64,000 nt of DNA from Octopus sinensis (GCF_006345805.1 NC_043025.1:7316001-7380000), one strand, 5' to 3'; counted from the stretch's first letter, positions 1 to 12,460 are shown. Notes: generated from the letters alone by a model not told the origin. Made by a program: numbers and translations.

Positions 1-4
1 TATG

Positions 5-43
<39 letters not shown>

Positions 44-313
44 ATAATATATATGTATGTAGAATATATGTATGTATATATATATATGTATGTATTATAA
101 TGTATGTATATATATAATATGTATGTATGTATATATATATATATGTATATATATGTATGTATATATATGTAGATATATATATGTATAATATATATATATA
201 TATATGTATATTATATATTATAATATATAATATATATATATATATATATCTGATATATATTATGTAATATATATATATATATATAATATATATATTATAT
301 AGTATATAGATGT

Positions 314-350
<37 letters not shown>

Positions 351-520
351 TGTTATATATATTATATATACTATATATATTATATAGATATATGTATGAG
401 TGTATGTATGTGGATATATATATATATGTATGTATGTGGATATATATATATATATATATTATTATATATATATATATATAATATATATATATAGTATATA
501 TATATATATATATAATAATG
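1..520. repeat. (TA)n / (TATG)n microsatellite field
   Basis: near-pure alternating TA with TATG interruptions. Confidence 0.95.
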
Positions 521-524
521 TATG

Positions 525-717
525 TATAATAAAAAGTAAGAAGTAAAACCTAAAGAGGTCAAAAGGAAGAGTAAATACGTAGACAGCATTCTAATCACTA
601 CAAACATTTCGATACATACAGATCCTTGCATATGCAGGATTTAAAGTTAAATTTAAGTTAAATTATTTAACGATTTACCTGTATTATATATATTATATAT
701 ATATATATATAATATAT

Positions 718-749
<32 letters not shown>

Positions 750-912
750 ATATGTATGTATATAAAAAGTAAGAAGTAAAAACTAAAAGAGTCAAAGGAA
801 GAGTAAGTACGGTTAGACAGCATTCTAATCACTACAAAACATTTTGATACATACAGATCCTTGTATATGCAGGATTTAAAGTTAAATTAAGTTAAATTAT
901 TTAACGATTTAC

Positions 913-991
<79 letters not shown>

Positions 992-1150
992 ATAAAAAGT
1001 AAGAAGTAAAAACTAAAAGAGTCAAAAGGAAGAGTAAGTACGGTTAGACAGCATTCTAATCACTACAAACATTTTGATACATACAGATCCTTGTATATGC
1101 AGGATTTAAAGTTAAATTTAAGTTAAATTATTTAACGATTTACCTGTATA
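525..1150. repeat. three tandem copies of a ~160-bp unit separated by (TA)n
   Basis: ataaaaagtaagaagtaaaa...ttatttaacgatttacctgtat at about 526, 760 and 990. Confidence 0.9.
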
Positions 1151-1380
1151 AGAAGATCCATTTGTATCTCCTCAAGCAATACACAGTTGCTGTCTCCATA
1201 AGTAAATCTAGATTTCCATGCTACAATATCTTGTCTTTAGTCCTGCTGGAAATTCTAAGGGTGAACGAGTTCTATTTGTACTACTATACGTTCTTAACAG
1301 AACACACCTCAGCTGACTAGATATGTGTGTCTGTGTGTGTGTATGTATTATATATATATATGTATATACATGTAGGTAAG

Positions 1381-1702
1381 ACACCCGTGCCAGTGACACA
1401 TAAAAAGCACCGTCCAAACGTAGCAGATGCCAGCGCCGCCTGACTGGCGTCCGTGTCGGTGACACGTAAAGGCACCAACCGATCGTGGCCGTTTGCCAGC
1501 CTCCTCAGGCCCCTGTGCTGGTGGCACGTAAAAAACACCCACTACACTCACGGAGTGGTTGGCGTTAGGAAGGGCATTCAGCTGTAGAAACAATGCCAAA
1601 CCAGACTGGAACCTGGTGCAGCCTTCATAGCTTCCCAGACCCCAGTTGCACCGTCCAACCCATGCCAGCATGGAAAGCGGATGCTAAATGATGATGATGA
1701 TG
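1381..1702 (+). mobile_element. RTE-type LINE 3'-end / derived SINE with (GAT)n tail
   Basis: ...ccatgccagcatggaaagcggatgctaaatgatgatgatg terminus plus internal ggcacgtaaaaagcacc repeats. The same family recurs at about 14000-14660, 15690-15912, 18225-18600, 43575-43920, 52200-52465, 58640-58852 and 60250-60620. Confidence 0.7.
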
Positions 1703-2114
1703 ATTAGACATATATACATACATACACACACCAAAGTAAACACATAAATGTGAAACAAGGTGGAAAACCAAAACTCTCCGACAAACAGGAAGATGGAACT
1801 CTGAGTAACAGTTTTGGTGATGTCTTTGCAGTTTTATTAATAAAGCGTACGTGCGTATGTATGTATCAGGCAGTTACTTTGAGTCTAATTTTAAGACCAA
1901 AGGACCATAAATTCTTCAGCTAGGTCCTGTCATCATGCAAGGGGTGTCCAAATTTCACGAAAAAAAAAAGAGCAAGTTGAACGGCATAAAATCCAGGGCC
2001 TACAAAGAAAAACTAACCTCAGATTTGAACTCAGCATGCTCAAATAAGCTAAGAACAAGTGCTGGTATTAATGCAGCAAAAACTTTGCTTCGCTGTGTGA
2101 CCAATAATCAGTAA

Positions 2115-2412
2115 TCTTTATATATAAAACTAAAGTTGTGTGTGTGTGTGTCTGTCTACTCCGATTTAGATTCCTAACTACTCACACATTTTGCGATGCA
2201 GTTTAACCAAAACCGGGTATCTTATAGTCGTCATTCATATCGAGCTCTTCTGGGTATTAGCACGCGTCTACGATTTAAAAAAAAATTTACCATCATTTTT
2301 CCACATTTTTAATGATTTTTGCTCAGGTTATATAAATATGCTTATATAGTTATTTCCCTTACAAACCCGAGCAAAAATCATTAAAAATGCGGAAAAATGA
2401 TGGTACTGCTAG
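2115..2412 (+). mobile_element. non-autonomous Helitron (rearranged 3' hairpin)
   Basis: a|TCTTTATATATAAAA ... CTGCTAG|t termini, inserted in an A-T target. Confidence 0.8.
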
Positions 2413-2434
2413 TCAATAATAAATAATTAATTAC

Positions 2435-2501
2435 CTCATAAGCATATTTCATTTCTTTTTTCTTCTCTGCTGGCCAATCCTCTGGAAGACTGTCTATACG
2501 C
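2435..2501 (-). CDS. DHX37: DHX37 exon V25 (last visible; 67 nt)
   Basis: RIDSLPEDWPAEKKKEMKYAYE; tatcag/gtaatt flanks; correct phase 2 entry. Further exons are expected beyond position 1. Confidence 0.88.
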
Positions 2502-3078
2502 CTGATAAAGACATTAGAATGATCAGTGTTAATTAATATTCCTGGTATGCATCATCGTTTAATATCCATTTAATTAGCATTCAGATTACTCGGTCAAAAG
2601 CAATATTTTAATCCACATTATTTTCAATCACTCATGCATTTTATTGTAGCTTTAAGATCTCAGTAATATGTTTACTCTTTTATTTGTTTCAGTCCTTTGA
2701 CTGTGGCCATGCTGGAGCACCGCCTTTAGTCGAGCAAATCGACCCCAGGACTCATTCTTTGTAAGCCTAGTACTTATTCTATTGGTCTCTTTAGCCGGAC
2801 CGCTAAGTTACGGGGACATAAACACACCAGCATCGGTTGTCAAGCGATGTTGAGGGGGACAAACACAGACACAAAAACATATATATATGTGACCGCGTGC
2901 ATACCGTTGGCGATTTTTTTTTCCTCTGTTTTCCCTTCTCTGGAGCTCTCCTCCTATGTTTCCAACGAAGAGCTCCGCTCGAAACCTTAAACCCTCCTTC
3001 TTTTCTGAGCGTCCAATAATACTATATTTGTTCCACGTCCTCGCGTTGTTGTGTTTTTTTGTTCTTTCGTGTTTGGAT

Positions 3079-3119
<41 letters not shown>

Positions 3120-4410
3120 GACGGGCTTCTTTCAGTTTCTGTTTACCAAATCCACTCACAAGGCTTTGGTCGGCCCGAGGCTATAGCAGAAGACACTTGC
3201 CCAAGGTGCTATGCAGTAGGACTGAACCCGGAACTATGTAGTTAGTAAGCAAGCTACTTACCATACAGCCACTCCTGCACGTGACATTGTAGGATAGGGG
3301 TGAGAGGCCAGACCTGGCTGATTAGAACATAATACAGGTGGAATATCTGGGCTGGATATAGCGTGTTTAAACACTAAAGGGTTAATCAGCTTGAGGTTAT
3401 AGTGGGACTGAACCCAGAACCATGTGGTTGTGAAGCAAGATTCTTACCACACAGTCACGCTTGTGTCTATGTATAAATTTGCTGCTTTTCTACTGTGCTG
3501 CTGGCATGTAAGGAGCACCAACCGAATGGGGCTGATGCCAGTACCCACTGACTGGCCCCCGTGCTGGTGGCATGTAAAAAGCACCCACTACACTCTCGGA
3601 GTGGTTGGCATTAGGAAGGGCATCCAGCTGTAGAAGCATTGCTAGATCAGATTGAAGCTTGGTGCAGCCATCTGGTTCACCAGTCCTCAGTCAAACCGTC
3701 CAACCCATACCAGCATGGAAAACGGACGTTAAATGATACTCTCTTTACTCTCTATTACTTGTTTCAGTCATTTGACTGCGGCCATGCTGGAGCACCGCCT
3801 TTAGTCAAGCAAATCGACCCCGGGACTTATTCTTTGTAAGCCCAGTACTTATTCTATCGGTCTCTTTTGCCGAACCGCTAAGTGACAAGGACGTAAACAC
3901 ACCAGCATCGGTTGTCAAGCAATGCTAGGGGGACAAATACAGATACACACACATACATATATATATATATACATATATACGACAGGCTTCTTTCAGTTTC
4001 CGTCTACCAAATCCACTCACAAGGCATTGGTCGGCCCGGGGCTATAGCAGAAGACTCTTGCCCAAGGTGCCACGCAGTGGAACTGAACCCGGAACCATGT
4101 GGTTGGTTAGCAAGCTACTTACCACACAGCTACTCCTGCACCTATGCCACGCAGCTGGACTGAACCCGGCACCATGTGGTTGGTTAGCAAGCTACATACC
4201 ACACAGCCACTCCTGCGCCTATGATGATGCAACCAAGAAGATATCTTGTGGAACAGTTGTATTTTAACGAGATACATCTTGTAATCACCTGAAGAAATAC
4301 ATCTACACCAAGGGATACACCTAAACCAGTTGCTAAGTATCCCATCCATGAGGGGTTGATCTTAAATGGGCCAAAATGATTGTAGTGATTAATAAACATT
4401 CCCATATCTT

Positions 4411-4463
<53 letters not shown>

Positions 4464-4464
<1 letters not shown>

Positions 4465-4629
4465 GGCGCAGGAGTGGCTGTGTGGTAAGTAGCTTGCTTA
4501 CCAACCACACGGTTCCGGGTTCAATCCCACTGCGTGACACCTTGGGCAAGTGACTTCTACTGTAGCCTCAGGCCGACCAAAACCTTGTGAGTGGATTTCG
4601 TAGACGGAAACTGAAAGAAGCCCGTCGTA

Positions 4630-4673
<44 letters not shown>

Positions 4674-4878
4674 GTATGTGTGTTTGTGTTTGTCCCCCCA
4701 ACATCGCTTGACAACCGATGCTGGTTTGTTTACGTCCCCGTAACTTAGCGGTTCGGCAAAAGAGACCGATAGAATAAGTTCTAGGTTCACAAAGAATAAG
4801 TCCTGGGGTCGATTTACTCGACTAAATGTGGTGCTCCAGCATGGCCACAGTCAAATGACTGAAACAAGTAAAAGAGTA
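4464..4878 (+). mobile_element. tRNA-head SINE family A (representative copy)
   Basis: head ggcgcaggagtggctgtgtggtaag (A box) and ggttcaatccc (B box), internal (TA)n, (gtaaaaga)n tail. Other copies at about 2673-3280(-), 3735-4225(-), 5620-5905(-), 6083-6495(+), 8828-9150(+), 9165-9535(-), 14776-15190(+), 27720-28110(+), 28160-28305(-), 32263-32680(+), 33695-34160(-), 42670-43055(-), 43060-43415(-), 44290-44720(+), 53286-53680(+). Confidence 0.85.
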
Positions 4879-4889
4879 TATATACAAAT

Positions 4890-5228
4890 GAAGGTGCATG
4901 GCTCAATGGTTAAAGCATTGAACTTACGATTGTGAGGTAGTGAGTTCGAATCCTGGAGCGGGCTGCATGTTGTGTTCTTGAGCAAGACACTTTATTCTCT
5001 GTTGCTCCAGTTCACTCAGCTGTAGAAATGAGTTGTGACATCACTGGTGCCAAGCTGTATCGGCCCCTTTGCCTTTCCCTTGGATAACATTGGTGGCGTG
5101 GAGAGGGGAAGCCAGTATGCATGGGCGACTGCTGGCCTTCCATAAACAACCTTGCCCGGACTTGTGCCTGGGGGGGTAACTTTCTAGGTACAGTCCCTTG
5201 GTCAGTCATGACCGAAGGGGGTCTCAGT
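4890..5228 (+). mobile_element. tRNA-head SINE family C (ttgagcaagacactt core)
   Basis: A box tggctcaatgg, B box gttcgaatcc, core ttgagcaagacacttt...ttgctccagt; relatives at about 45695-45920, 46470-46640 and 54500-54620. Confidence 0.7.
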
Positions 5229-5432
5229 TCAGCATATATACACATACACATACAACAAGTTCCTTTCACTTTCCTTCCAACAACCATTCAAAACAAAGCT
5301 TTCATTGGCCCAGGACCATAAAAGAAGACATTTGCCCAGGGTACCATGCAGTGGGACTGACTCCCAAAAACCTTTTGGTTGGCAAGTCACGCCTGCAACT
5401 AAATCTGAGAAATGGTACTAACAACACATTAC

Positions 5433-5553
5433 CTGGCAACGTGGTCTGCCATTCCAGCAAGCAAGATCTGTCGCAGCAACTTGGCATGGGCGTCAGTAGG
5501 GGGTGACATCTTTGGATCAATACACAGCTGTAGACCAGGAACGGCAAGGTTGA
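5433..5553 (-). CDS. DHX37: DHX37 exon V24 (121 nt)
   Basis: NLAVPGLQLCIDPKMSPPTDAHAKLLRQILLAGMADHVA, matching 'DPKM.PPT...LRQI..AG..DH.A'; ttgcag/gtaatg flanks. Confidence 0.96.
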
Positions 5554-5708
5554 CTGCAAAAGGAAAACCACAATTGGAAGTGAAAGTGAAAGTCAGTTGA
5601 AAAAAATGAAACGAGTATTTTACTCTTTTACTTGTTTCAGTAACACACCAGCATCGGTTGTCAAGCAATGCTAGGGTGACAAACACAGACGCACAAACAC
5701 ACACATGC

Positions 5709-5739
<31 letters not shown>

Positions 5740-6017
5740 TACGACGGGCTTCTTTCAGTTTCCGTCTACCAAATCCACTCACAAGGCATTGGTTGGCCCA
5801 GGGCTATAGTAGAAGACACTTGCCCAAGATGCCACGCAGTGGGACTGAACCCGAAACCATGTGGTTGGTAAGCAACCTACTTACCACACAGCCACTCCTG
5901 CGCTTATTTGGAATGTTTTGGTTTCCAAAAATTCTCTCAGATGATAAGATGATGACAAAGGAGTCCTAGATACACCGTGTCTGAATACAAGACTGGATGG
6001 CCACAGGTGGAATATTT

Positions 6018-6632
6018 AACCCTTTAGCATTCCTTATTTATCACATCATTTTGAATTAATCCTGAATTATCTCAAATCTTCAAGGCGCAGGAGTGGCTGT
6101 GTGGTAAATAGCTTGCTAACCAACCATATGGTTCCGGGTTCAGTCCCACTGCGTGGCATCTTGGGCAAGTGTCTTCTGCTATAGCCCCAGGCCGACCAAT
6201 GCCTTGTGAGTGGATTTGGTAGACGGAAACTGAAAGAAGCCTGTCGTATATATGTATATACATATATATGTGTATGTGTGTGTTTGTGTGTCTGTGTTTG
6301 TCCCCCTAGCATTGCTTGACAACCGATGCTGGTGTGTTTACGTCCCTGTCACTTAGCGGTTCGGCAAAAGAGACCGACAGAATCAGTACTGGGCTTACAA
6401 AGAATAAGTCCCGGGGTCGATTTGCTCGACTAAAGGCAGTGCTCCAGCATGGCCACAGTCAAATGACTGAAACAAGTAAAAGAGTAAAAGAGAGTAATTT
6501 CAATGATGTGATTATTTATTTTTTAGAATGACATTGTAGGACAAGTGTGAGAGGTCGGATCTAGCAAGTTTGAGCATAAATCAGGCAAAACATTTGGGCT
6601 GGAATCGGCCAGTTTAAATGCTAAAGGGCTAA
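6018..6632. mobile_element. piggyBac-type MITE family P2 (TTAA-CCCTTTAG...CTAAAGGG-TTAA), interrupted by a SINE A copy
   Basis: ttaaccctttagcatt start and gctaaagggctaa end; related copies at about 2575-3385, 36439-38605 and 48110-48336. Confidence 0.7.
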
Positions 6633-6738
6633 TTAGAGGTCTGCTGGATCAGGACCGACCAGGGGTTAAACAATAAGAAAAACACAAACAATATCTAACA
6701 GTACACACACACACACACAAGTGTGTGCATTCACTCAC

Positions 6739-6895
6739 CTGTGTTGGTCAGCTGCAATCGCAATTTCCGAATCTCCCTCATGGCTTTCAGTCGAACACTA
6801 AACTTCTCACAGAATACTTCAATGTTGCCATCAAATTCACAAGCCCCTATTGACTTCAGCAGCAACATAGGGTCTCCAAGCATTTGTGAGTGACC
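6739..6895 (-). CDS. DHX37: DHX37 exon V23 (157 nt)
   Basis: GHSQMLGDPMLLLKSIGACEFDGNIEVFCEKFSVRLKAMREIRKLRLQLTNT; atgtag/gtgagt flanks. Confidence 0.96.
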
Positions 6896-6950
6896 CTACA
6901 TAAAGAAAATCAAAGCATATTTCATAGAATAACCATCACATCATCAACAT

Positions 6951-7410
6951 TTAACCCTTTCGTTACTGTATTTCTGCTGAGATGCTCTGTGTTTCTTTCA
7001 ATTAATTTAAATATAACAAAGAATTTAGTAAAATAACTTAGTTATCATTAAGCTAGTGTTAGGAACATAAATTGTGACTAAGGTTTGGTGGAAGATTTTA
7101 ATTCAAAACTTAGGAAAACAAGACATTTGTACTACAGAACCAGGTTTGGTATTGAAAGGGTTAAAAATATCATGGTGACTTGAACCCTTTTGTTACCATA
7201 TTTCTGTTGAGATGCTCTGTGTTTCTTTCAATTAATTTTAAATATAACAAAGAATTTAGTAAAATAACTTAGTTATCATTAAGCTAGTGTTAGGAACATA
7301 AATTGTGACTAAGGTTTGGTGGAAGATTTTAATTCAAAACTTATAAAAACAAGATATTTGTACTACAGAGCCAGAGCCGGTTTCAACCGGGTTGGTAACG
7401 AAAGGGGTAA
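6951..7410 (-). mobile_element. dimer of piggyBac-type MITE family P1
   Basis: TTAA+CCCTTTCGTTAC...GTAACGAAAGGG; two ~225-bp units joined by the 16-bp spacer aaatatcatggtgact. Confidence 0.85.
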
Positions 7411-7577
7411 TGTCAATTTTCCATGCTGGCATGTAGTGGTGTTAGCTGGTTTAACAGGAACTGGTACACCAGATGAGTGGGACCAAGCTGTAATATTACT
7501 ATCAATGTTATTACTAATAACAAAAATAACAAGAGCACTCAGAGAGCACAAACCTCTGCCAAGGCAACACCAATGGG

Positions 7578-8310
7578 ATTTCTAGTTAACTAAACACTTT
7601 TAAACTTCGTATACTGGTAGAATGTGTTTATAAAACGTCTTTTTCTCTTGGCTTTATTGAGAAAATTCTATAGTTTGTAAGATATTTGTTGTTGTTTTTT
7701 CTTCAATTTATGCAATTTCAACCAATCAATGATGTCTATTGAGGTGAAAACCTTACGTGCCGTATATGTCCCTCGTTTAAGAAACAGATTGGGTTTATTT
7801 ACCCTTCACCCACCCCTAACCCTAACTCTAAAACAGATTGAAATACAATAGATCGATACTAGGGTCATAATTATGGGTGACATTTTCATTTGATACTGCT
7901 AGAAAAACATCCCATTTACCATAGCGGTGTCGTATGAAATTGTCACCCATAATTATAACCCTAGTATCGATCTATTGCATTTCAATCTGTTTTAGGGTTA
8001 GGGTTAGTTAGAGTTAGGGTTAGTTAGAGTTAGGGTTAGGGGTGAGGGAAGGGTATTTTGTTTTTTCTTTGCAAATGTAAATAAACCCAATCTGTTTCTT
8101 AAACGAGGGACATATTCACACAGCACGGAATGTTTTCACCCCAAATGGACTCCAGCGATTGGTTAAAATTGCCGAAATTAAAGTGGAAATATCTTACAAA
8201 CTATAGAATTATGATGTTTTATAAACACATTCTACCAGTATACGAAGTTTAAAAGTGTTTAGTTAACTAGAAATTGTATTGACATCTGCCGTTCAAAAGG
8301 AAAAGATCCC
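7578..8310. mobile_element. inverted dimer (foldback) of a TTAGGG-containing MITE
   Basis: 7578-~7910 is the reverse complement of ~7925-8274; the terminus ctgccgttcaaa..gaaaagatccc lies at about 8286-8310; same family at 63440-64000. Confidence 0.8.
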
Positions 8311-8344
8311 ACCAATGTCCTCTCAATGGTTAGCCGGAGATGAT

Positions 8345-8598
8345 TTTTAAAATGAAAATATCAGAAATAAACCCGACTGCTCTCAAAAATTCAGTAAAAA
8401 AAAAAACGGAAAAATAATCCAGAATCCTTGTCCGGTACCGGATCGATCCCAAAATCTAATCAGTTTGTGCCAGTCATGAGGCCAAACATCCCTGAAAGTT
8501 TCATTCGCATCCATCCAGTGGTTCTTGAGATATCTTGTCCATGGACAAACAAATACAACTAAAAACAATACCTCCACCTTCGCTAAGGCAAAGGTAAC
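8345..8598 (-). mobile_element. Helentron/DINE-1-like non-autonomous element fragment
   Basis: minus strand starts ttacctttgccttagcgaaggtggaggtattgtttt...ggatcgatccggtaccgga, the layout I recognise for HINE/DINE-like elements. Confidence 0.55.
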
Positions 8599-8636
8599 AA
8601 ACAGACAGAGAGAGACAGGGAGGGAGCATGACTTAC

Positions 8637-8699
8637 CGTTCCTGACCAAAGTAATCTGGCATTGGCTGCAAAGTTTTGCTGCTTCTGTGAAGAATCAGA
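8637..8699 (-). CDS. DHX37: DHX37 exon V22 (63 nt)
   Basis: SDSSQKQQNFAANARLLWSGT (the W-x-G position matches DHX37); atgtag/gtaagt flanks; phase 0/0. Confidence 0.88.
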
Positions 8700-9600
8700 C
8701 TACATTGGGAAGATAGAAAGAGAATATATTAATACATACATATGGAACAGTAGAAGTTTAATTTTTGTAGCCGTTGCCTGTTATGGTGCAACGTCGGGAT
8801 CATCAATTTGTAACTCACCACCATAATAAGTGGCTGTGTGGTAAGTAGCTTGCTTACCAACCACATGGTTCCGGGTTCAGTCCCACTGCGTGGCAACTTG
8901 GGCAAGTGTCTTCTGCTATAGCCCCGGGCCAACCAATGCCTTGTGAGTGTGTGTGTATATGTTTGTCCCCCTAGCATTGCTTGACAACCGATGCTGGTGT
9001 GTTTACGTCCCTGTCACTTAGCGGTTCGGCAAAAGAGAGCAATAGAATAAGAACTGGGCTTACAAAGAATAAGTCCTGGGGTTGATTTGCTCGACTAAAG
9101 GCGGTGCTCCAGCATGGCCGCAGTCAAACAAGTAAAAGAGTAAAAAGAGAGAGAGTAAAATATATTATTTTACTCATTTCAGTCATTTGACTGCGGCCAT
9201 GCTGGAGCATCGCCTTTAGTCGAACAAATCGACCCCAGGACTTATTCTTTGTAAGCCTAGTACTTATTCTATCGGCCTCTTTTGCCGAACTGCTAAGTTA
9301 TAGGGACATAAATACACTAGCATTGGCTGTCAAGCAATGGTGGGGGGGACAAATACAGACACACAAATATACATACAGATTGGGGCCCGGTGCAGCCCCC
9401 TGGCTTCCCAGACTCCAGTCGAACTGTCCAACCCATGCAAGCATGGGAAATGGACGTTAAACGATGATGATGATGATGATGATACAACAGGCTTCTTTCA
9501 GTTTCTGTCTACCAAATCCACTCACAAAGCTATGAATCTAACGGTTTTTGTGTGTTTCTTAAATGGCTTATAAACACCTTCCATGCTGCAATTGTTTTCG

Positions 9601-10080
9601 TACCAGAACACAATCTCAGATCAGGCCACTTGCTATGCAAGTACATCTCCGTAATATATATATATATATATATATATAGCAATTCTACCAGCACACAATC
9701 TCAGATCAGGCCACTTGCTATGCAAGTACATCTCCGTAATATATATATATATAGCAATTCTACCAGCACACAATCTCAGATCAGGCCACTTGCTATGCAA
9801 GTACATCTCCGTAATATATATATATATAGCAATTCTACCAGCACACAATCTCAGATCAGGCCACTTGCTATGCAAGTGCATCTCCGTAATATATATATAT
9901 ATATATATATATAGCAATTCTACCAGCACACAATCTCAGATCAGGCCACTTGCTATGCAAGTACATCTCCGTAATATATATATATATATATAGCAATTCT
10001 ACCAGCACACAATCTCAGATCAGGCCACTTGCTATGCAAGTACATCTCCGTAATATATATATATAGCAATTCTGCTAGCA
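9601..10080. repeat. minisatellite: six ~61-bp cores separated by variable (TA)n
   Basis: gcaattctaccagcacacaatctcagatcaggccacttgctatgcaagtacatctccgtaa repeated. Confidence 0.95.
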
Positions 10081-10240
10081 CATAGCCTTAGTAATAATAA
10101 TATCATGGATTTTTTTTTATCTTAATTTTTATCTTTTACTTGTATCAGTCATTAGAATGCAGCCAAGCTGGAGCACCAGCTTGAAGAATTTTTGACCCCA
10201 GTACTTCCCCACTTATAATAATAATAATAATAATAATAAT

Positions 10241-12460
10241 AATGCCCTGATGCAGCACCAGACAGTGGCTCTCATGGCTTCTGATCTTAACTGATTGGAA
10301 GTGTTACCATGTACATTGTTTTGTCTTGGTATAAAAGATGGGCTACAGCAAATATTCTGCTCAATACCACAGATTTGCTAATGCCCTGATGCAGTACCAG
10401 GCAGTGGCTCTCATGGCTTCTGATCTTAACTGATTGGAAGTGTTATCATGTACATTGTTTTGTCTTGGTATAAAAGATGGACTACAGCAAATATTCTGCT
10501 CAATACCACAGATTTGCTAATGCCCTGATGCAGTACCAGGCAGTGGCTCTCATGGCTTCTGATCTTAAATGATTGGAAGTGTTATCATGTACATTGTTTT
10601 GTCTTGGTATAAAAGATGGGCTACAGCAAATATTCTGCTCAATACCACAGATTTGCTAATGCCCTGATGCAGTACCAGGCAGTGGCTCTCATGGCTTCTG
10701 ATCTTAACTGATTGGAAGTGTTATCATGTACATTGTTTTGTCTTGGTATAAAAGATGGACTACAGCAAATATTCTGCTCAATACCACAGATTTGCTAATG
10801 CCCTGATGCAGTACCAGGCAGTGGCTCTCATGGCTTCTGATCTTAACTGATTGGAAGTGTTATCATGTACATTGTTTTGTCTTGGTATAAAAGATGGACT
10901 ACAGCAAATATTCTGCTCAATACCACAGATTTGCTAATGCCCTGATGCAGTACCAGGCAGTGGCTCTCATGGCTTCTGATCTTAAATGATTGGAAGTGTT
11001 ATCATGTACATTGTTTTGTCTTGGTATAAAAGATGGGCTACAGCAAATATTCTGCTCAATACCACAGATTTGCTAATGCCCTGATGCAGTACCAGGCAGT
11101 GGCTCTCATGGCTTCTGATCTTAACTGATTGGAAGTTTATCATGTACATTGTTTTGTCTTGGTATAAAAGATGGACTACAGCAAATATTCTGCTCAATAC
11201 CACAGATTTGCTAATGCCCTGATGCAGTACCAGGCAGTGGCTCTCATGGCTTCTGATCTTAAATGATTGGAAGTGTTATCATGTACATTGTTTTGTCTTG
11301 GTATAAAAGATGGGCTACAGCAAATATTCTGCTCAATACCACAGATTTGCTAATGCCCTGATGCAGTACCAGGCAGTGGCTCTCATGGCTTCTGATCTTA
11401 ACTGATTGGAAGTGTTATCATGTACATTGTTTTGTCTTGGTATAAAAGATGGACTACAGCAAATATTCTGCTCAATACCACAGATTTGCTAATGCCCTGA
11501 TGCAGTACCAGGCAGTGGCTCTCATGGCTTCTGATCTTAACTGATTGGAAGTGTTATCATGTACATTGTTTTGTCTTGGTATAAAAGATGGACTACAGCA
11601 AATATTCTGCTCAATACCACAGATTTGCTAATGCCCTGATGCAGTACCAGGCAGTGGCTCTCATGGCTTCTGATCTTAAATGATTGGAAGTGTTATCATG
11701 TACATTGTTTTGTCTGGTATAAAAGATGGGCTACAGCAAATATTCTGCTCAATACCACAGATTTGCTAATGCCCTGATGCAGTACCAGGCAGTGCTCTCA
11801 TGGCTTCTGATCTTAACTGATTGGAAGTGTTATCATGTACATTGTTTTGTCTTGGTATAAAAGATGGACTACAGCAAATATTCTGCTCAATACCACAGAT
11901 TTGCTAATGCCCTGATGCAGTACCAGGCAGTGGCTCTCATGGCTTCTGATCTTAACTGATTGGAAGTGTTATCATGTACATTGTTTTGTCTTGGTATAAA
12001 AGATGGACTACAGCAAATATTCTGCTCAATACCACAGATTTGCTAATGCCCTGATGCAGTACCAGGCAGTGGCTCTCATGGCTTCTGATCTTAAATGATT
12101 GGAAGTGTTATCATGTACATTGTTTTGTCTTGGTATAAAAGATGGACTACAGCAAATATTCTGCTCAATACCACAGATTTGCTAATGCCTTGATGCAGTA
12201 CCAGGCAGTGGCTCTCATGGCTTCTGATCTTAAATGATTGGAAGTGTTATCATGTACATTGTTTTGTCTTGGTATAAAAGATGGGCTACAGAAAATGTTC
12301 TGCTCAATACCACAGATTTGCTAATGCCCTGATGCAGTACCAGGCAGTGGCTCTCATGGCTTCTGATCTTAAATGATTGGAAGTGTTATCATGTACATTG
12401 TTTTGTCTTGGTATAAAAGATGGGCTACAGCAAATATTCTGCTCAATACCACAGATTTGC
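10241..12460. repeat. 139-bp tandem array (~16 copies) derived from the end of an (AAT)n-flanked interspersed element
   Basis: unit aatgccctgatgcagtaccagg...accacagatttgct; period 139 (10241 to 10380); the last unit runs on into the element body up to 12868. Confidence 0.95.

Noticed and set aside
1140-1260. possible next DHX37 exon (AG...GT-bounded stretch)
   Set aside because: The translations do not resemble the expected 'LDDPVFIHPSS' segment, and the donor lies in a triplicated repeat unit.
9601-10080. CRISPR array
   Set aside because: Spacers are only (TA)n, the repeat is too long, there are no cas genes, and the context is a eukaryotic intron.
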